Part shown: positions 29,108 through 40,229 of the stretch, piece after piece
Layout: the number at the start of each line of letters is the position of its first letter
Numbering within the stretch: position 1 is the first letter of the stretch
DNA from: Patescibacteria group bacterium
GTDB taxonomy: Bacteria > Patescibacteriota > Patescibacteriia > UBA9934 > GWF2-40-263
DNA length: 64,000 nt
Direction: 5' to 3'
Assembly (NCBI GenBank): GCA_041661745.1
Contig: JBAZTR010000001.1
Coordinates: forward strand, 79,740-143,739
Program-made: the position numbers and the translations under genes
Notes under the pieces: generated by a model
Database searches by the model: none
The model's input: the letters and a program-made list of their open reading frames with translations, nothing else
What the model was told of the DNA's origin: nothing

Positions 29108-29443
29108 ATGTTTTTCTTCAAACCTCGAATCCACGAATCCGTAGCCATCGCCGCCATTCTGGCCGCGGCTATTTCTCTCCACGGTCTTTGGATTGCCAAC
29201 TTGTTGATTACACGAATTCCGGCGGTCAGTGGTTTCTTTTGCGGTTCGGGCGAAGGGGGTGCCGTACCCAGTTTGTATTTGTTTGGTTTACTTTTATTTT
29301 TTATTGCGTGGTGCGTTTTGACTTTAATTTTCAGAGGACGCGATTGTTCACATCATCGTGAAAACGCTTTTTGGTTTCTGATGGTTAGTACAATCATCTT
29401 TCTCTTTATGACTTTGCCGATAATTTTTGGGTTTGTTTCTTAA
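29108..29443 (+). CDS. Hypothetical membrane protein
   Basis: 3 TM segments. Confidence 0.75.
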   Translation: MFFFKPRIHESVAIAAILAAAISLHGLWIANLLITRIPAVSGFFCGSGEGGAVPSLYLFGLLLFFIAWCVLTLIFRGRDCSHHRENAFWFLMVSTIIFLFMTLPIIFGFVS

Positions 29444-29446
29444 CTT

Positions 29447-30598
29447 ATGCCAGAAAATTATACGCCGTCGCCTATCGAAGCAGCTGATAAAGTTGAGCAC
29501 GAAAAGAAGCTGGAAAAAGAATTATTAAAAATTCAGATTCTGGCCGGAAAAATGGTTTGGAATAAAGCTCGTGCCGAGGGCAAGGATATTTCTTTTTCCA
29601 AAGCTTTTGAGGAACAGTCAGATTTTTTTTCTAAGCTTTTTCGGGAGATAGTTATTGACCGCAGTGAAGAAGAAACCGACCAAATTCTTGATGAAGCAAA
29701 AACCAGAGTTAACGAAGCTTTTGACAATGGTCACGATCAATGGCTGGATCGTGTTGCCGAAGTTTTTGATAATTTATTGGAACAATGGTGTTACAAAAAA
29801 GAAAATACCAATCGAAAGGAACGGGCGGCGGCCGGTTCGATCAGTTATGGATTAAAAGCCGGGCCGCCAGAACTTGAACCATTTGGTATTGATTCTGATG
29901 ATGAAGTTCTTGAGCTTCATCTTGAGGAAATTTATAAACGCGAACAAAAAGTTGGGGTAAAAAAAGCCGTTCTGCAAGATTTACAAAATCTCGCCGTGGC
30001 CATTGTTGATAGAATGCCGCAAGTTAAAGCTGTGACCGGTTTTTCATGGTTAATGGAACATCCACTAGTTAAGCAAATCGGTTTTCAGACAATCGAGGGT
30101 CCGAGTCATGGCAGTCGCGGCGGTTCCACTTGGCTTCAATTTGTCGATCGTAATGGCAATATTCACGAACAAAGACTGAAACAGTTTTTAGAAACCGGCG
30201 AATTGCCGTTTAAGGCAAGGTTTGGTTTTATTCCTGTTGTTGATTTTTTGCAGCGATATCTGCCGGCCGAGCGTCGCGGTCAAATAATTTTGCGAGAAAA
30301 TCGTCCGGGGTGGCGTGAAGCAAAAAAGTTGTTTTATGACGCTTTTCAAGGGATCAAAGATCGCTGGTCTGATTTATCGGTAGAGGAATTAAAGAGTTTG
30401 TTGGAGCATGAACAGTCGGCTTTGGCAGTGTTAGAAGAAATCGGAATTAAAGATCAGCTTGTTGATTTATTGGTTGAAGCCAGACAGGCCGGAAAAAGTT
30501 TGTCGGAAGTTCGTGAAACTTTGGAAACTTTGAAACTAAATCAAAAACTTTCTGATTTTTTAACGCACGGCAAAGAATACACAGTGCAGATAGAATAG
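29447..30598 (+). CDS. Hypothetical protein
   Basis: 383-aa ORF with a Pro/Glu-rich N-terminus. Confidence 0.8.
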   Translation: MPENYTPSPIEAADKVEHEKKLEKELLKIQILAGKMVWNKARAEGKDISFSKAFEEQSDFFSKLFREIVIDRSEEETDQILDEAKTRVNEAFDNGHDQWLDRVAEVFDNLLEQWCYKKENTNRKERAAAGSISYGLKAGPPELEPFGIDSDDEVLELHLEEIYKREQKVGVKKAVLQDLQNLAVAIVDRMPQVKAVTGFSWLMEHPLVKQIGFQTIEGPSHGSRGGSTWLQFVDRNGNIHEQRLKQFLETGELPFKARFGFIPVVDFLQRYLPAERRGQIILRENRPGWREAKKLFYDAFQGIKDRWSDLSVEELKSLLEHEQSALAVLEEIGIKDQLVDLLVEARQAGKSLSEVRETLETLKLNQKLSDFLTHGKEYTVQIE

Positions 30599-30680
30599 TT
30601 TAAAGAAGTGTTAGGAAACAATCTTGATAAAAACCCCAATTATTGCTAAGGTTGGTTCTGATATTGAACCAACTTTTTTT

Positions 30681-32174
30681 ATGCAATTTTTTGTGAAAAA
30701 AGGGGAATTGAGCGAAGCTAAAACCGATCTTTTGATCGTGAATATTTTTGAGGATCAAAAAGAGGTAAAAGGCGCGACCGCTTCCATTGATAAAGCTATG
30801 GGCGGTTTGCTTAGTGCTGTTATTAAAGAAGATCACTTTGAAGGTAAGCTCGGGGCGACGCTTTTGGTTCGGCCGAGTAATAACTTACTGTTCAAGCGGG
30901 TGTTGCTTGTTGGTCTTGGTAAAAAGAAAGATTTTTCCGAAGAAAAAATTCGTGAGGTTTCAGCCGTGGCTTTTCGTGAAGCTAAAAAGTTACAAGTTAA
31001 AAATATCACTTCGATTTTGCACGGAGCAGGGAATGGTCGTTTGCCGGCCAAACTTTGTGCCAAGGCAATTGTTGAAGGAGTAATGCTCGCGGCCTATGAC
31101 TTTAATAAACATAAGAGCGAAAAAAAGAAATTAGATCCGGAAGTTTTTGAAATCGTAACTAACGATGCCCATCATGTCCGTGAAGCCTTAAAGGGAATTA
31201 CCCTTGGTGAAATTTATTCTCTGGCCACCATTCGGACTCGCGAACTTGTAAACGAACCAGCCTCGCACATGCGGCCGATTGATTTGGTTAATGCAGCTAA
31301 AACAGTAGCCACGGCCAGTAAAGGAAAAATTAAAATCAAAATTTTTGATCACGCCGCTTTGACCCGCATGGGAGCAAACGGAATTTTGTCCGTGGCTCGC
31401 GGCTCTGATCACGAACCTTTCATGGTTCACTTAACTTACAAACCGGCTGGCGCCAAAAAAAGAATTGCTTTTGTTGGCAAAGGTTTGACTTTCGACTCTG
31501 GCGGTATCTCCCTTAAACCCAGCGAGCACATGATGACCATGAAATGCGATATGGCCGGCGCGGCCGCGGTGATTGGGGCTTTTTCCGCATTCACACAATT
31601 AAATCCAAAAATAGAAATTCATGGAATTTTTGCTGCTTGTGAAAACATGCCTTCCGGCAAAGCTCTGGTGCCTGGCGATGTGGTTCAGACTTTGAGTAAA
31701 AAAACCGTGGAAATTTTAAACACTGATGCCGAAGGTCGCGTAACTTTGGCTGACACACTTTTTTATGCCGGTAAACTTAAGCCAGCTTTAATTATTGATA
31801 TCGCCACCTTAACCGGTTCCTGTCTGTCGGCGCTTGGTGAAGAAGTGGCCGGGGTAATGGGCAACCATCCTGAACTAACGCAAAAACTTTTGACAGCCGC
31901 CAACACCGCCGGTGAAAGAGCGTGGGAATTGCCTTTGGAAGAAAGTTACAAACAACTAATAAAATCCGAAGTGGCTGATTTAAAAAATATCGGTGGCAAA
32001 TACGGTGGGGTACTGACTGCCGGTCTCTTTCTTCAAGAATTTGTGGGCGAAACCCCATGGATTCACATGGACATTGCCGGCCCGGCCTTTGCCGAACGAC
32101 CGTTTAATGCTTATACCAAACTCGGTGGAACTGGGTTTGGGGTGAGGACAATCCTGGAATATTTGAATAACTAA
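30681..32174 (+). CDS. pepA: Leucyl aminopeptidase M17 (start reassigned to 30681)
   Basis: VGKGLTFDSGG, MKCDMAGAA, NTDAEGR, HMDIAG. Confidence 0.95.
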   Translation: MQFFVKKGELSEAKTDLLIVNIFEDQKEVKGATASIDKAMGGLLSAVIKEDHFEGKLGATLLVRPSNNLLFKRVLLVGLGKKKDFSEEKIREVSAVAFREAKKLQVKNITSILHGAGNGRLPAKLCAKAIVEGVMLAAYDFNKHKSEKKKLDPEVFEIVTNDAHHVREALKGITLGEIYSLATIRTRELVNEPASHMRPIDLVNAAKTVATASKGKIKIKIFDHAALTRMGANGILSVARGSDHEPFMVHLTYKPAGAKKRIAFVGKGLTFDSGGISLKPSEHMMTMKCDMAGAAAVIGAFSAFTQLNPKIEIHGIFAACENMPSGKALVPGDVVQTLSKKTVEILNTDAEGRVTLADTLFYAGKLKPALIIDIATLTGSCLSALGEEVAGVMGNHPELTQKLLTAANTAGERAWELPLEESYKQLIKSEVADLKNIGGKYGGVLTAGLFLQEFVGETPWIHMDIAGPAFAERPFNAYTKLGGTGFGVRTILEYLNN

Positions 32175-32245
32175 ACATATTCACAGTCAAAATTGAATTT
32201 ACCATTGCCAAAAAAGCGCCGTTAGATTATACTAAGGGCGCTTTT

Positions 32246-32527
32246 ATGGACGAAACCGAGGCTAAAAAACCAAAAAAACCGACTTCCGATGCGGCATACT
32301 ATCGTTTTGCCATGCGCATTGTGGGCGATTTTGGCGTAAGCATCGCTGTCCCGGCCGTGTTGGCCGCTTTTGGGGGAATTTGGCTCGATCGTCAACTTGG
32401 CACAACGCCGTGGCTTCTGTTCGCCGGTTTGATTGCCGCTTTCACCTCCACCTACCTGGTTATTAAAAAGAAAGCCACTGATTACGCTAAAAAGTTTGAT
32501 GAGCTTGGAAAGGGGGACAAAGTATGA
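32246..32527 (+). CDS. atpI: AtpZ/AtpI family protein
   Basis: 2 TM, GIWLDRQLGTTPW; first gene of the atp operon. Confidence 0.8.
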   Translation: MDETEAKKPKKPTSDAAYYRFAMRIVGDFGVSIAVPAVLAAFGGIWLDRQLGTTPWLLFAGLIAAFTSTYLVIKKKATDYAKKFDELGKGDKV

Positions 32528-33315
32528 TCTCTGTCGCTGCTGAAACAATTTTTACAATCGCGGGTTTTCCCATTACCAATTCCATGATCAACGCCTGGGT
32601 CGGCATTGTTATCTTTTTGATCGTCGGATTGATTGTGCGAAAAAAGGCTTCGCTTACTCCCCGCGGTTTTTTAAATTTCGTTGATTATATAATTGAAGCC
32701 TTGTTGGCTCAGGCCGAAGGGGTTGTGGGTGACCGCGAGCGCGCCCGAAAGTTTTTCCCCATCTGTGCGACGCTATTTCTTTTCATTCTTATTTCCAACT
32801 GGATCGGCTTACTTCCAGGTGTTGGTTCAATCGGTATTTGGGAAATGGAAGGTACAGAAAGAATTTTGGTGCCGCTTTTCCGCCCGCCGACAAGTGATTT
32901 GAACTTCACCGTGGCCATCGCCGTCTTTGCCATGGGTATGGCCCATGTCTTTGGCCTGCTTTCAATTGGTTTTGTTGCTTATATCAGCCGTTTCATTAAC
33001 ATTCGTGGAATTTTCCAGTCTTTTAAACACGGTCCGATGGCTGTAATTGTCGCTCTGGTTGAATTTTGTGTCGGTCTCTTGGAGATTATTAGTGAATTTG
33101 CTAAGGTGCTTTCGCTTTCGCTTCGGTTATTCGGTAACATTTTCGCCGGCGAGGTGCTTCTTGCTGTTATTTACATGTTAACTACGGCAATTGTGCCATT
33201 ACCATTTATCTTTCTGGAATTGTTGATTGGTGCCATTCAGGCCACGGTGTTTGCCATGTTAACTCTGGTTTTCATGAAGTCTATGTCTGATTCCCACGAA
33301 GCGCACGCCGAATAA
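32524..33315 (+). CDS. atpB: ATP synthase F0 subunit a
   Basis: PTSDLN, SLSLRLFGNIFAGE, IQATVF. Confidence 0.96.
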   Translation: MISVAAETIFTIAGFPITNSMINAWVGIVIFLIVGLIVRKKASLTPRGFLNFVDYIIEALLAQAEGVVGDRERARKFFPICATLFLFILISNWIGLLPGVGSIGIWEMEGTERILVPLFRPPTSDLNFTVAIAVFAMGMAHVFGLLSIGFVAYISRFINIRGIFQSFKHGPMAVIVALVEFCVGLLEIISEFAKVLSLSLRLFGNIFAGEVLLAVIYMLTTAIVPLPFIFLELLIGAIQATVFAMLTLVFMKSMSDSHEAHAE

Positions 33316-33357
33316 TAAATTAAAAAATAATTAATTAAGAATTAACCAAATATAAAT

Positions 33358-33588
33358 ATGGATGCAGAATCGATCAAAATGCTGGCTAGCGCCATTGCTA
33401 TCGCGGTCAGCGGTATGGGCCCGGCCATTGGTATTGGTCTTATTGGCTCAAAGGCCATGGAAGGTATTGGCCGCAATCCGGAAGCTTCGGGTAAACTTCT
33501 CGTTCCGATGCTTTTGGGCATGGCTTTTGCTGAAGCCGTTGCCATTTACGCTCTTGTTGTCACCCTTATTATCCAATTCGTTCTCTAA
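33358..33588 (+). CDS. atpE: ATP synthase F0 subunit c
   Basis: GIGRNPEA, AFAEAVAIY. Confidence 0.96.
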   Translation: MDAESIKMLASAIAIAVSGMGPAIGIGLIGSKAMEGIGRNPEASGKLLVPMLLGMAFAEAVAIYALVVTLIIQFVL

Positions 33589-33653
33589 TATTTAGACGAA
33601 CAGGCGATCGTTTATAACGGTCGCCTGACGTTTGAAGATTAGTAAATAATTTT

Positions 33654-34160
33654 ATGGTCGAAGAAGTTGGCGGCATTGCCGCCCTGGGAATTAATCTAAA
33701 ACTTTTTATCGCGCAGTTGGTTCATTTCCTAATTGTGTTGGTTATTTTTTGGAAATGGATTTACAAGCCGGTTGTTAAAAAATTAGACGAACGCGCCGAA
33801 ACAATCGACAAAAGCGTTCGTGATGCTAAAGAGGTTGAAGAACGTGTAGCCAAACTGGAAACAGAAAGAAAAGAAGTTATCACTTCAGCCAAAACTGAAG
33901 CCTCACATCGCATTGAAGAAGCCCAAGAGGCCGCCGAAGCCCGCAAGAATGATATTTTGGCACAAGCTAAAGCTGAAGTGGAACGGGTCGTTAAATCTGG
34001 TAAAGAACAATTGGTAAAAGAAAAAGAGGCCATGATTCGCGAGGCCCGACAGGAAATTGTCGAAGTGGCCATGGCCGCGGCCAAACAAGTTTTGAAAGAA
34101 ACCGTTTCCGAAAAAACTTCTAAAAAATTAGCCGAAGATGCGGTGGAGAAATTGGTTTGA
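33654..34160 (+). CDS. atpF: ATP synthase F0 subunit b
   Basis: N-terminal TM, YKPV..LDER, coiled coil. Confidence 0.93.
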   Translation: MVEEVGGIAALGINLKLFIAQLVHFLIVLVIFWKWIYKPVVKKLDERAETIDKSVRDAKEVEERVAKLETERKEVITSAKTEASHRIEEAQEAAEARKNDILAQAKAEVERVVKSGKEQLVKEKEAMIREARQEIVEVAMAAAKQVLKETVSEKTSKKLAEDAVEKLV

Positions 34161-34161
34161 G

Positions 34162-34251
34162 GTTCAACTTGTTCAAGTTGTTCAATTGTTCACTGGTAAT
34201 TGGTTGCTCCAATCCAAAAATGAACAATTTGAACAGGTGAACACTTGAACA
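34162..34251. repeat. 90-bp periodic hairpin, copy 1
   Basis: GTTCAA-based units; reverse complement of 36159-36248 at 85/90. Confidence 0.92.
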
Positions 34252-34258
34252 GTGATTT

Positions 34259-34645
34259 ATGAAAAAAATCAACGCTAAAAAATTCGCTCGTGTCTTAATT
34301 GACGCGGTTGAAGATAAAAGTCCAAGTGAAACGGAAAAAATTATTTCCGAGTTCATTGCTTATTTGTCGGAAAAGCGTTTGTTGGCCTGGTGGCGAGAAA
34401 TTTCTCGCAGTATCGAAAATGTGTGGCGAGAAAAATACGGCGTGGCCAATATTTCAGTCATTTCCGCGCATCCTCTTTCAGAAAAATCGCGTAAGGCTTT
34501 AGAAAAAGTTGCCCCGGGCGCGGATATTGTGGAAACGGTTGATCCGGAATTAATTGGCGGAGCAATTGTCCGCATTGATGACAGAATCGTTGATAGTTCA
34601 GTTCTCGGTTCCCTTAATTCTTTAAAACAAACTTTAGTTAGATAA
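34259..34645 (+). CDS. atpH: ATP synthase delta subunit (short form)
   Basis: [13 protein letters not shown]...IDDRIVDSS. Confidence 0.88.
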   Translation: MKKINAKKFARVLIDAVEDKSPSETEKIISEFIAYLSEKRLLAWWREISRSIENVWREKYGVANISVISAHPLSEKSRKALEKVAPGADIVETVDPELIGGAIVRIDDRIVDSSVLGSLNSLKQTLVR

Positions 34646-34646
34646 T

Positions 34647-36155
34647 ATGACTTCTAAAAATGACATCTTAGCCGCGCTGAAAAAGCAGGTCGAAGCTTTC
34701 AAGGTTGAGGCCAAAGAAGAAAAGGTAGGTACGGTTATTTCCGTTGGTGACGGCGTGGCCCGCATGAGCGGCTTGTCCGAATGTCAGGCCTCGGAAATGC
34801 TTTTGTTTCCTGGTGATGTTTACGGCTTGGCTTTGAACTTGGAAGAAGAAACTGTTGGTGCGGTTATTTTGGGCAATGCCGCGGAAATTAAGGAAGGCGA
34901 CATTGTTAAATCAACCGGTCGTATTTTGTCCATTCCGGTTTCTGATGAACTTGTTGGTCGTGTCATCGATCCACTTGGTAATCCTTTAGATGGTAAGGGA
35001 GCGATTAAATCAAATACCTTTCAACCAATTGAAAAAATCGCGCCGGGCGTTATGACTCGTAAGTCAGTGACCGTGCCGCTTCATACCGGTATCAAGTGTA
35101 TTGATTCCATGATTCCGATTGGTCGCGGTCAGCGTGAACTTATCATTGGCGATCGCCAGGTGGGTAAAACTGCTTTGGCTATCGACACAATTTTGAACCA
35201 AAAAGGCGAGAACGTGAAATGTATTTACGTGGCCATTGGTCAGAAGGAATCTAAAATCGCTAAAATCGTGGCTCGTCTTGAAGAAGCTGGCGCCATGGAA
35301 TACACCACCATTGTTTTGGCTGGTGCGTCTGATCCGGCCCCGCTTTCGTTTATTGCTCCGTATTCCGGTTGCGCTATTGGCGAATATTTTATGGCCAAAG
35401 GCGAGGATGTCTTGGTGATTTACGATGACTTGTCCAAGCATGCTTGGGCTTATCGTGAAATTTCACTCCTCCTGCGCCGCCCACCGGGTCGTGAAGCGTA
35501 TCCCGGCGACGTTTTTTACCTTCACTCTCGTTTACTCGAACGCGCCGCGCGTTTGGACGAAAAGTATGGTGGCGGATCACTCACCGCTTTGCCGATTATT
35601 GAAACGCAGGCCGGTGACGTTTCGGCTTACATTCCTACCAACGTTATTTCTATTACTGATGGTCAGATTTTCTTGGAAACCGATATGTTCTACCGCGGCA
35701 TTCGCCCGGCTTTGAACATTGGTATTTGCGTTTCTCGTGTGGGTAGTGCCGCGCAAACCAAGGCTATGAAAAAAGTGGCTGGCAAACTTCGTCTTGACTT
35801 GGCCCAGTTCCGCGAGCTTGAAGCTTTTGCTCAATTTGCCACTGACCTTGATGAAGGAACCAAAAAGCAAATTGAACGCGGTCGTCGCGCCATTGAAGTC
35901 ACTAAACAACCACAGTATCAACCAATGCCGTTTGAAAATCAGGTGGCTATTCTTTTCGCTGTGACCAACGGTTTGATTGATGATGTTCCGGTCGAAAAAG
36001 TTCAGGAATGGGAAAAAGGATTCCACTCTTTCACCAGAGCTGAAAAGTCCGGTCTTTTGGAAATCATTAAGACCGAACGCGATTTGTCAGACAAAACAAC
36101 TGAAGAACTGAAAAAGGCTATTGAGGAGTTTAAGGAAATATTTAAGTCTGTCTAA
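34647..36155 (+). CDS. atpA: ATP synthase alpha subunit
   Basis: [31 protein letters not shown]. Confidence 0.98.
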   Translation: MTSKNDILAALKKQVEAFKVEAKEEKVGTVISVGDGVARMSGLSECQASEMLLFPGDVYGLALNLEEETVGAVILGNAAEIKEGDIVKSTGRILSIPVSDELVGRVIDPLGNPLDGKGAIKSNTFQPIEKIAPGVMTRKSVTVPLHTGIKCIDSMIPIGRGQRELIIGDRQVGKTALAIDTILNQKGENVKCIYVAIGQKESKIAKIVARLEEAGAMEYTTIVLAGASDPAPLSFIAPYSGCAIGEYFMAKGEDVLVIYDDLSKHAWAYREISLLLRRPPGREAYPGDVFYLHSRLLERAARLDEKYGGGSLTALPIIETQAGDVSAYIPTNVISITDGQIFLETDMFYRGIRPALNIGICVSRVGSAAQTKAMKKVAGKLRLDLAQFRELEAFAQFATDLDEGTKKQIERGRRAIEVTKQPQYQPMPFENQVAILFAVTNGLIDDVPVEKVQEWEKGFHSFTRAEKSGLLEIIKTERDLSDKTTEELKKAIEEFKEIFKSV

Positions 36156-36158
36156 TTT

Positions 36159-36248
36159 TGTTCAAGTGTTCATATGTTCAAATTGTTCATCTTTGGATTG
36201 GAACAACCAATCACCAGTGAACAATTGAACAACTTGAACAAGTTGAAC
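36159..36248. repeat. 90-bp periodic hairpin, copy 2 (inverted)
   Basis: Inverted copy of 34162-34251. Confidence 0.92.
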
Positions 36249-36259
36249 ATGATTAAAAT

Positions 36260-37165
36260 ATGGCATTAAGCACACGGGCAATCCGTCGTCGGATCAAGTC
36301 CGTTAAAAACACTTGCAAGATTACCAAGGCCATGGAATTGGTCTCAGCCAGCAAAATGCGCAAGGCCGTGTCTTCGGTTTTGTTGTCGCGACCATTTGCT
36401 CGTTTGGCGTGGGATACGGTTTCGGCCGTGGGCGCAGTGGTTGATGTTTCGCTTCACCCCCTACTTCGAAAAAATAACAAAAGTGGCAAGACCTTGGTTT
36501 TGCTTTTAACTTCTGATCGTGGTTTGGCTGGTGGTTTTAATGCCAACATGAATAAAAAAATAATCCAAGCGGCCAAAGATTTCGGTTCGGAAAATATTGA
36601 TGTGGTGGCCGTTGGTCGCAAAGGTGCCGAAGCTTCGCGTCGGGCCGGTCTGAACCTTGTCGCTTCATTTACCGGCATTACCAATAATCCTAAGTTTGAA
36701 GAAATTCTGCCGATTGGCCGAATGTTGGTTGATGAATTTATTAAAGAAAAATACGACCGGGTTCTTATTGCTTATACTGATTTCGTTTCCGCGGTAAACC
36801 AACAACCGATTGTTCTTGAACTTTTACCTTTTGGCAAACCAGCTGATTTTTACCGTGTTGGAAATGTTTCTGCTCAGGCCTCTCAAGCCTTTCCAGCCTC
36901 TCAGGCCAAAGAGTATAAATTCGAACCAAGCCCGGAAGAAGTTTTAAATAAACTTTTACCGCGTTTGGTTGAAACTATGGTTTATCAGGCAGTTCTGGAA
37001 TCAGCAGCTTCGGAACATTCCGCGCGCATGTTGGCCATGCGCAACGCTTCGGATGCGGCCAACGACATGATCGATTCATTAACTTTCACTTATAATCAAT
37101 TCCGCCAAGCGGCTATTACTCGGGAAATTGCCGAGATTAGCGGCGGTAAAGCGGCCCTGGAATAA
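36260..37165 (+). CDS. atpG: ATP synthase gamma subunit
   Basis: KITKAMELVS, TSDRGLAG, ASEHSARM, RQAAITREIAEI. Confidence 0.97.
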   Translation: MALSTRAIRRRIKSVKNTCKITKAMELVSASKMRKAVSSVLLSRPFARLAWDTVSAVGAVVDVSLHPLLRKNNKSGKTLVLLLTSDRGLAGGFNANMNKKIIQAAKDFGSENIDVVAVGRKGAEASRRAGLNLVASFTGITNNPKFEEILPIGRMLVDEFIKEKYDRVLIAYTDFVSAVNQQPIVLELLPFGKPADFYRVGNVSAQASQAFPASQAKEYKFEPSPEEVLNKLLPRLVETMVYQAVLESAASEHSARMLAMRNASDAANDMIDSLTFTYNQFRQAAITREIAEISGGKAALE

Positions 37166-37166
37166 T

Positions 37167-37282
37167 GCCCCCACCCCAACCCTCCCCCGTCGTGGCGACG
37201 AGAGAGGGAGAACTAATTTATTGGTTCTTCCTCCCTCGTATGTCACTAGTTAACATACGGGGGAGGATAAGAGGAGAGGGCC
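37167..37282. repeat. Composite palindromic repeat before atpD
   Basis: First 47 bp identical to 38708-38754; outer stem CCCCAACCCTCCCCC / GGGGGAGG..AGAGG. Confidence 0.9.
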
Positions 37283-37286
37283 TTAA

Positions 37287-38707
<1,421 letters not shown>

Positions 38708-38831
38708 GCCCCCACCCCAACCCTCCCCCGTCGTGGCGACGAGAGAGGGAGAACAATAGAAAACAAATAACTCCCCCAAGAATTCTCCCTCCCTCATATG
38801 GCCGCATATGGGGGAGGGTAAGGGGAGAGGG
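38708..38831. repeat. Composite palindromic repeat after atpD
   Basis: Direct repeat of 37167-37213 plus a second hairpin CTCCCTCATATG GCCG CATATGGGGGAG. Confidence 0.9.
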
Positions 38832-38835
38832 AATT

Positions 38836-39291
38836 ATGAAACAACTGACAATTAAAATAGTGACTCCGGAACGCATCGTCTTCGAAGGTGAAGCCGAGTC
38901 TTTGAGTGTTATGACGGAAAGCGGTGAGATTACGGTTTTGGCCGATCACATTCCGTTGGTCACTTCGCTTCGCCCCGGTGAAATGCGTCTTAAACAAAAA
39001 GGCGAGGAACAACTAATGGTTGTCTCGACCGGTTTTCTTGAAGTTCGCCCAGGTAATCAAATTATTGTTTTAGCCGATACTGCCGAACGCGTGGAAGAAT
39101 TAGAACTTGAGAAAATAGAAAAGGCGCGCGAGGAAGCTCGTAAGATTTTAGAAGAAAAGCGTTCAGTCGATGCTGTTGCCGCCGCGTCGGCCACCGCCGC
39201 CCTTGAGCGTGAATTGGCTCGTTACAAAGTTGTGATGAAGAAACGTCGGGTTTCACGTCCGTCGTCTGGTGTTAGGGGAATAAGTGAATAA
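38836..39291 (+). CDS. atpC: ATP synthase epsilon subunit
   Basis: IVTPER, GEITVLADHIP, GFLEV. Confidence 0.95.
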   Translation: MKQLTIKIVTPERIVFEGEAESLSVMTESGEITVLADHIPLVTSLRPGEMRLKQKGEEQLMVVSTGFLEVRPGNQIIVLADTAERVEELELEKIEKAREEARKILEEKRSVDAVAAASATAALERELARYKVVMKKRRVSRPSSGVRGISE

Positions 39292-39717
39292 GGGGATGTA
39301 GGTGAATAAGTGTTTTTATGGGTAGTACCAAATTTTTTGAATTTTGGGATTGGAACGAGGGACACAATTTGGTTTTAGAAATTTACAAAATTATTAAGAA
39401 ATTTCCTGACACCGAGAGATTTAATTTAATTTCTCAACTCCGATCAGCCGCTGTTTCAATTCCGACCAATATCGCCGAAGGAACCGGGAGAAGAACAACC
39501 AAGGATCTAATTCATTTTTTGGTGCAAGCCCGCGGTTCTGCCTATGAAGTGATTTATCTGTTGTATCTGTCAAAATCTTTAAATTATTTAGATGAAGAAA
39601 TTTATCGAGAATTATTTTCTAGATACAATCGTCTAGCCGCCGCTCTTAATAGTCACATAAGCTCTCTCGACAAATAGAGTTTATTCACCTTTATTCACTT
39701 ATACCCCTTTAAACACC
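39268..39717. mobile_element. Four-helix-bundle gene enclosed by inverted 9-nt periodic arms
   Basis: 39268-39310 is complementary to 39680-39717 (GTGAATAA / TTATTCAC units). Confidence 0.6.
39318..39677 (+). CDS. Four helix bundle protein (23S rRNA intervening-sequence protein family)
   Basis: FPDTERFNLISQLRSAAVSIPTNIAEG...ARGSAYE. Confidence 0.93.
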   Translation: MGSTKFFEFWDWNEGHNLVLEIYKIIKKFPDTERFNLISQLRSAAVSIPTNIAEGTGRRTTKDLIHFLVQARGSAYEVIYLLYLSKSLNYLDEEIYRELFSRYNRLAAALNSHISSLDK

Positions 39718-39723
39718 TGAAAT

Positions 39724-40128
39724 ATGCACACATGCCACCACGCCTTAATCCGTTGCATGGACTTTCGCCTTCAAAAAGCGATTGATCAATGGATGGTAGA
39801 AAAAAATTTAGCCGGTGACTGTGACATGATTTCCGTGGCCGGAGCAGGGAAGGATATTGTAGATAACCCGGACGGTTTCGTGGCCACACAAATTGATTTG
39901 TCTTCAAAATTACACGCCACCAAAACCGTTCTCCTCATGAATCACATGGATTGCGGGGCATACGGTGGACATACTGCTTTCGAAAATCTTGAAACCGAAC
40001 GTGCTCATCATATTTCCGAAATGACCAAAGCAGCCGAAACAATCAAAGCCAAACGTCCTGATATGGAAGTGAAAATGATTTTGGCTAATATTGATGAGAA
40101 CGGCACAGTGACGATTGAAAATATATAA
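39724..40128 (+). CDS. Beta-carbonic-anhydrase-like protein
   Basis: CMDFR...HMDCG zinc ligands. Confidence 0.8.
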   Translation: MHTCHHALIRCMDFRLQKAIDQWMVEKNLAGDCDMISVAGAGKDIVDNPDGFVATQIDLSSKLHATKTVLLMNHMDCGAYGGHTAFENLETERAHHISEMTKAAETIKAKRPDMEVKMILANIDENGTVTIENI

Positions 40129-40136
40129 AAAATAGA

Positions 40137-40170
40137 TAAAGGCACCTGATTTGTTCAGGTGCTTTTTATT
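40137..40170 (+). terminator. Intrinsic terminator
   Basis: AAAGGCACCTGA TTTGT TCAGGTGCTTTTT. Confidence 0.75.
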
Positions 40171-40229
40171 ATTGTTTTTTTTGGACTTTTATAATAAGAT
40201 TTCCCCGCCTCTAGCCCACGGAGTTTACC

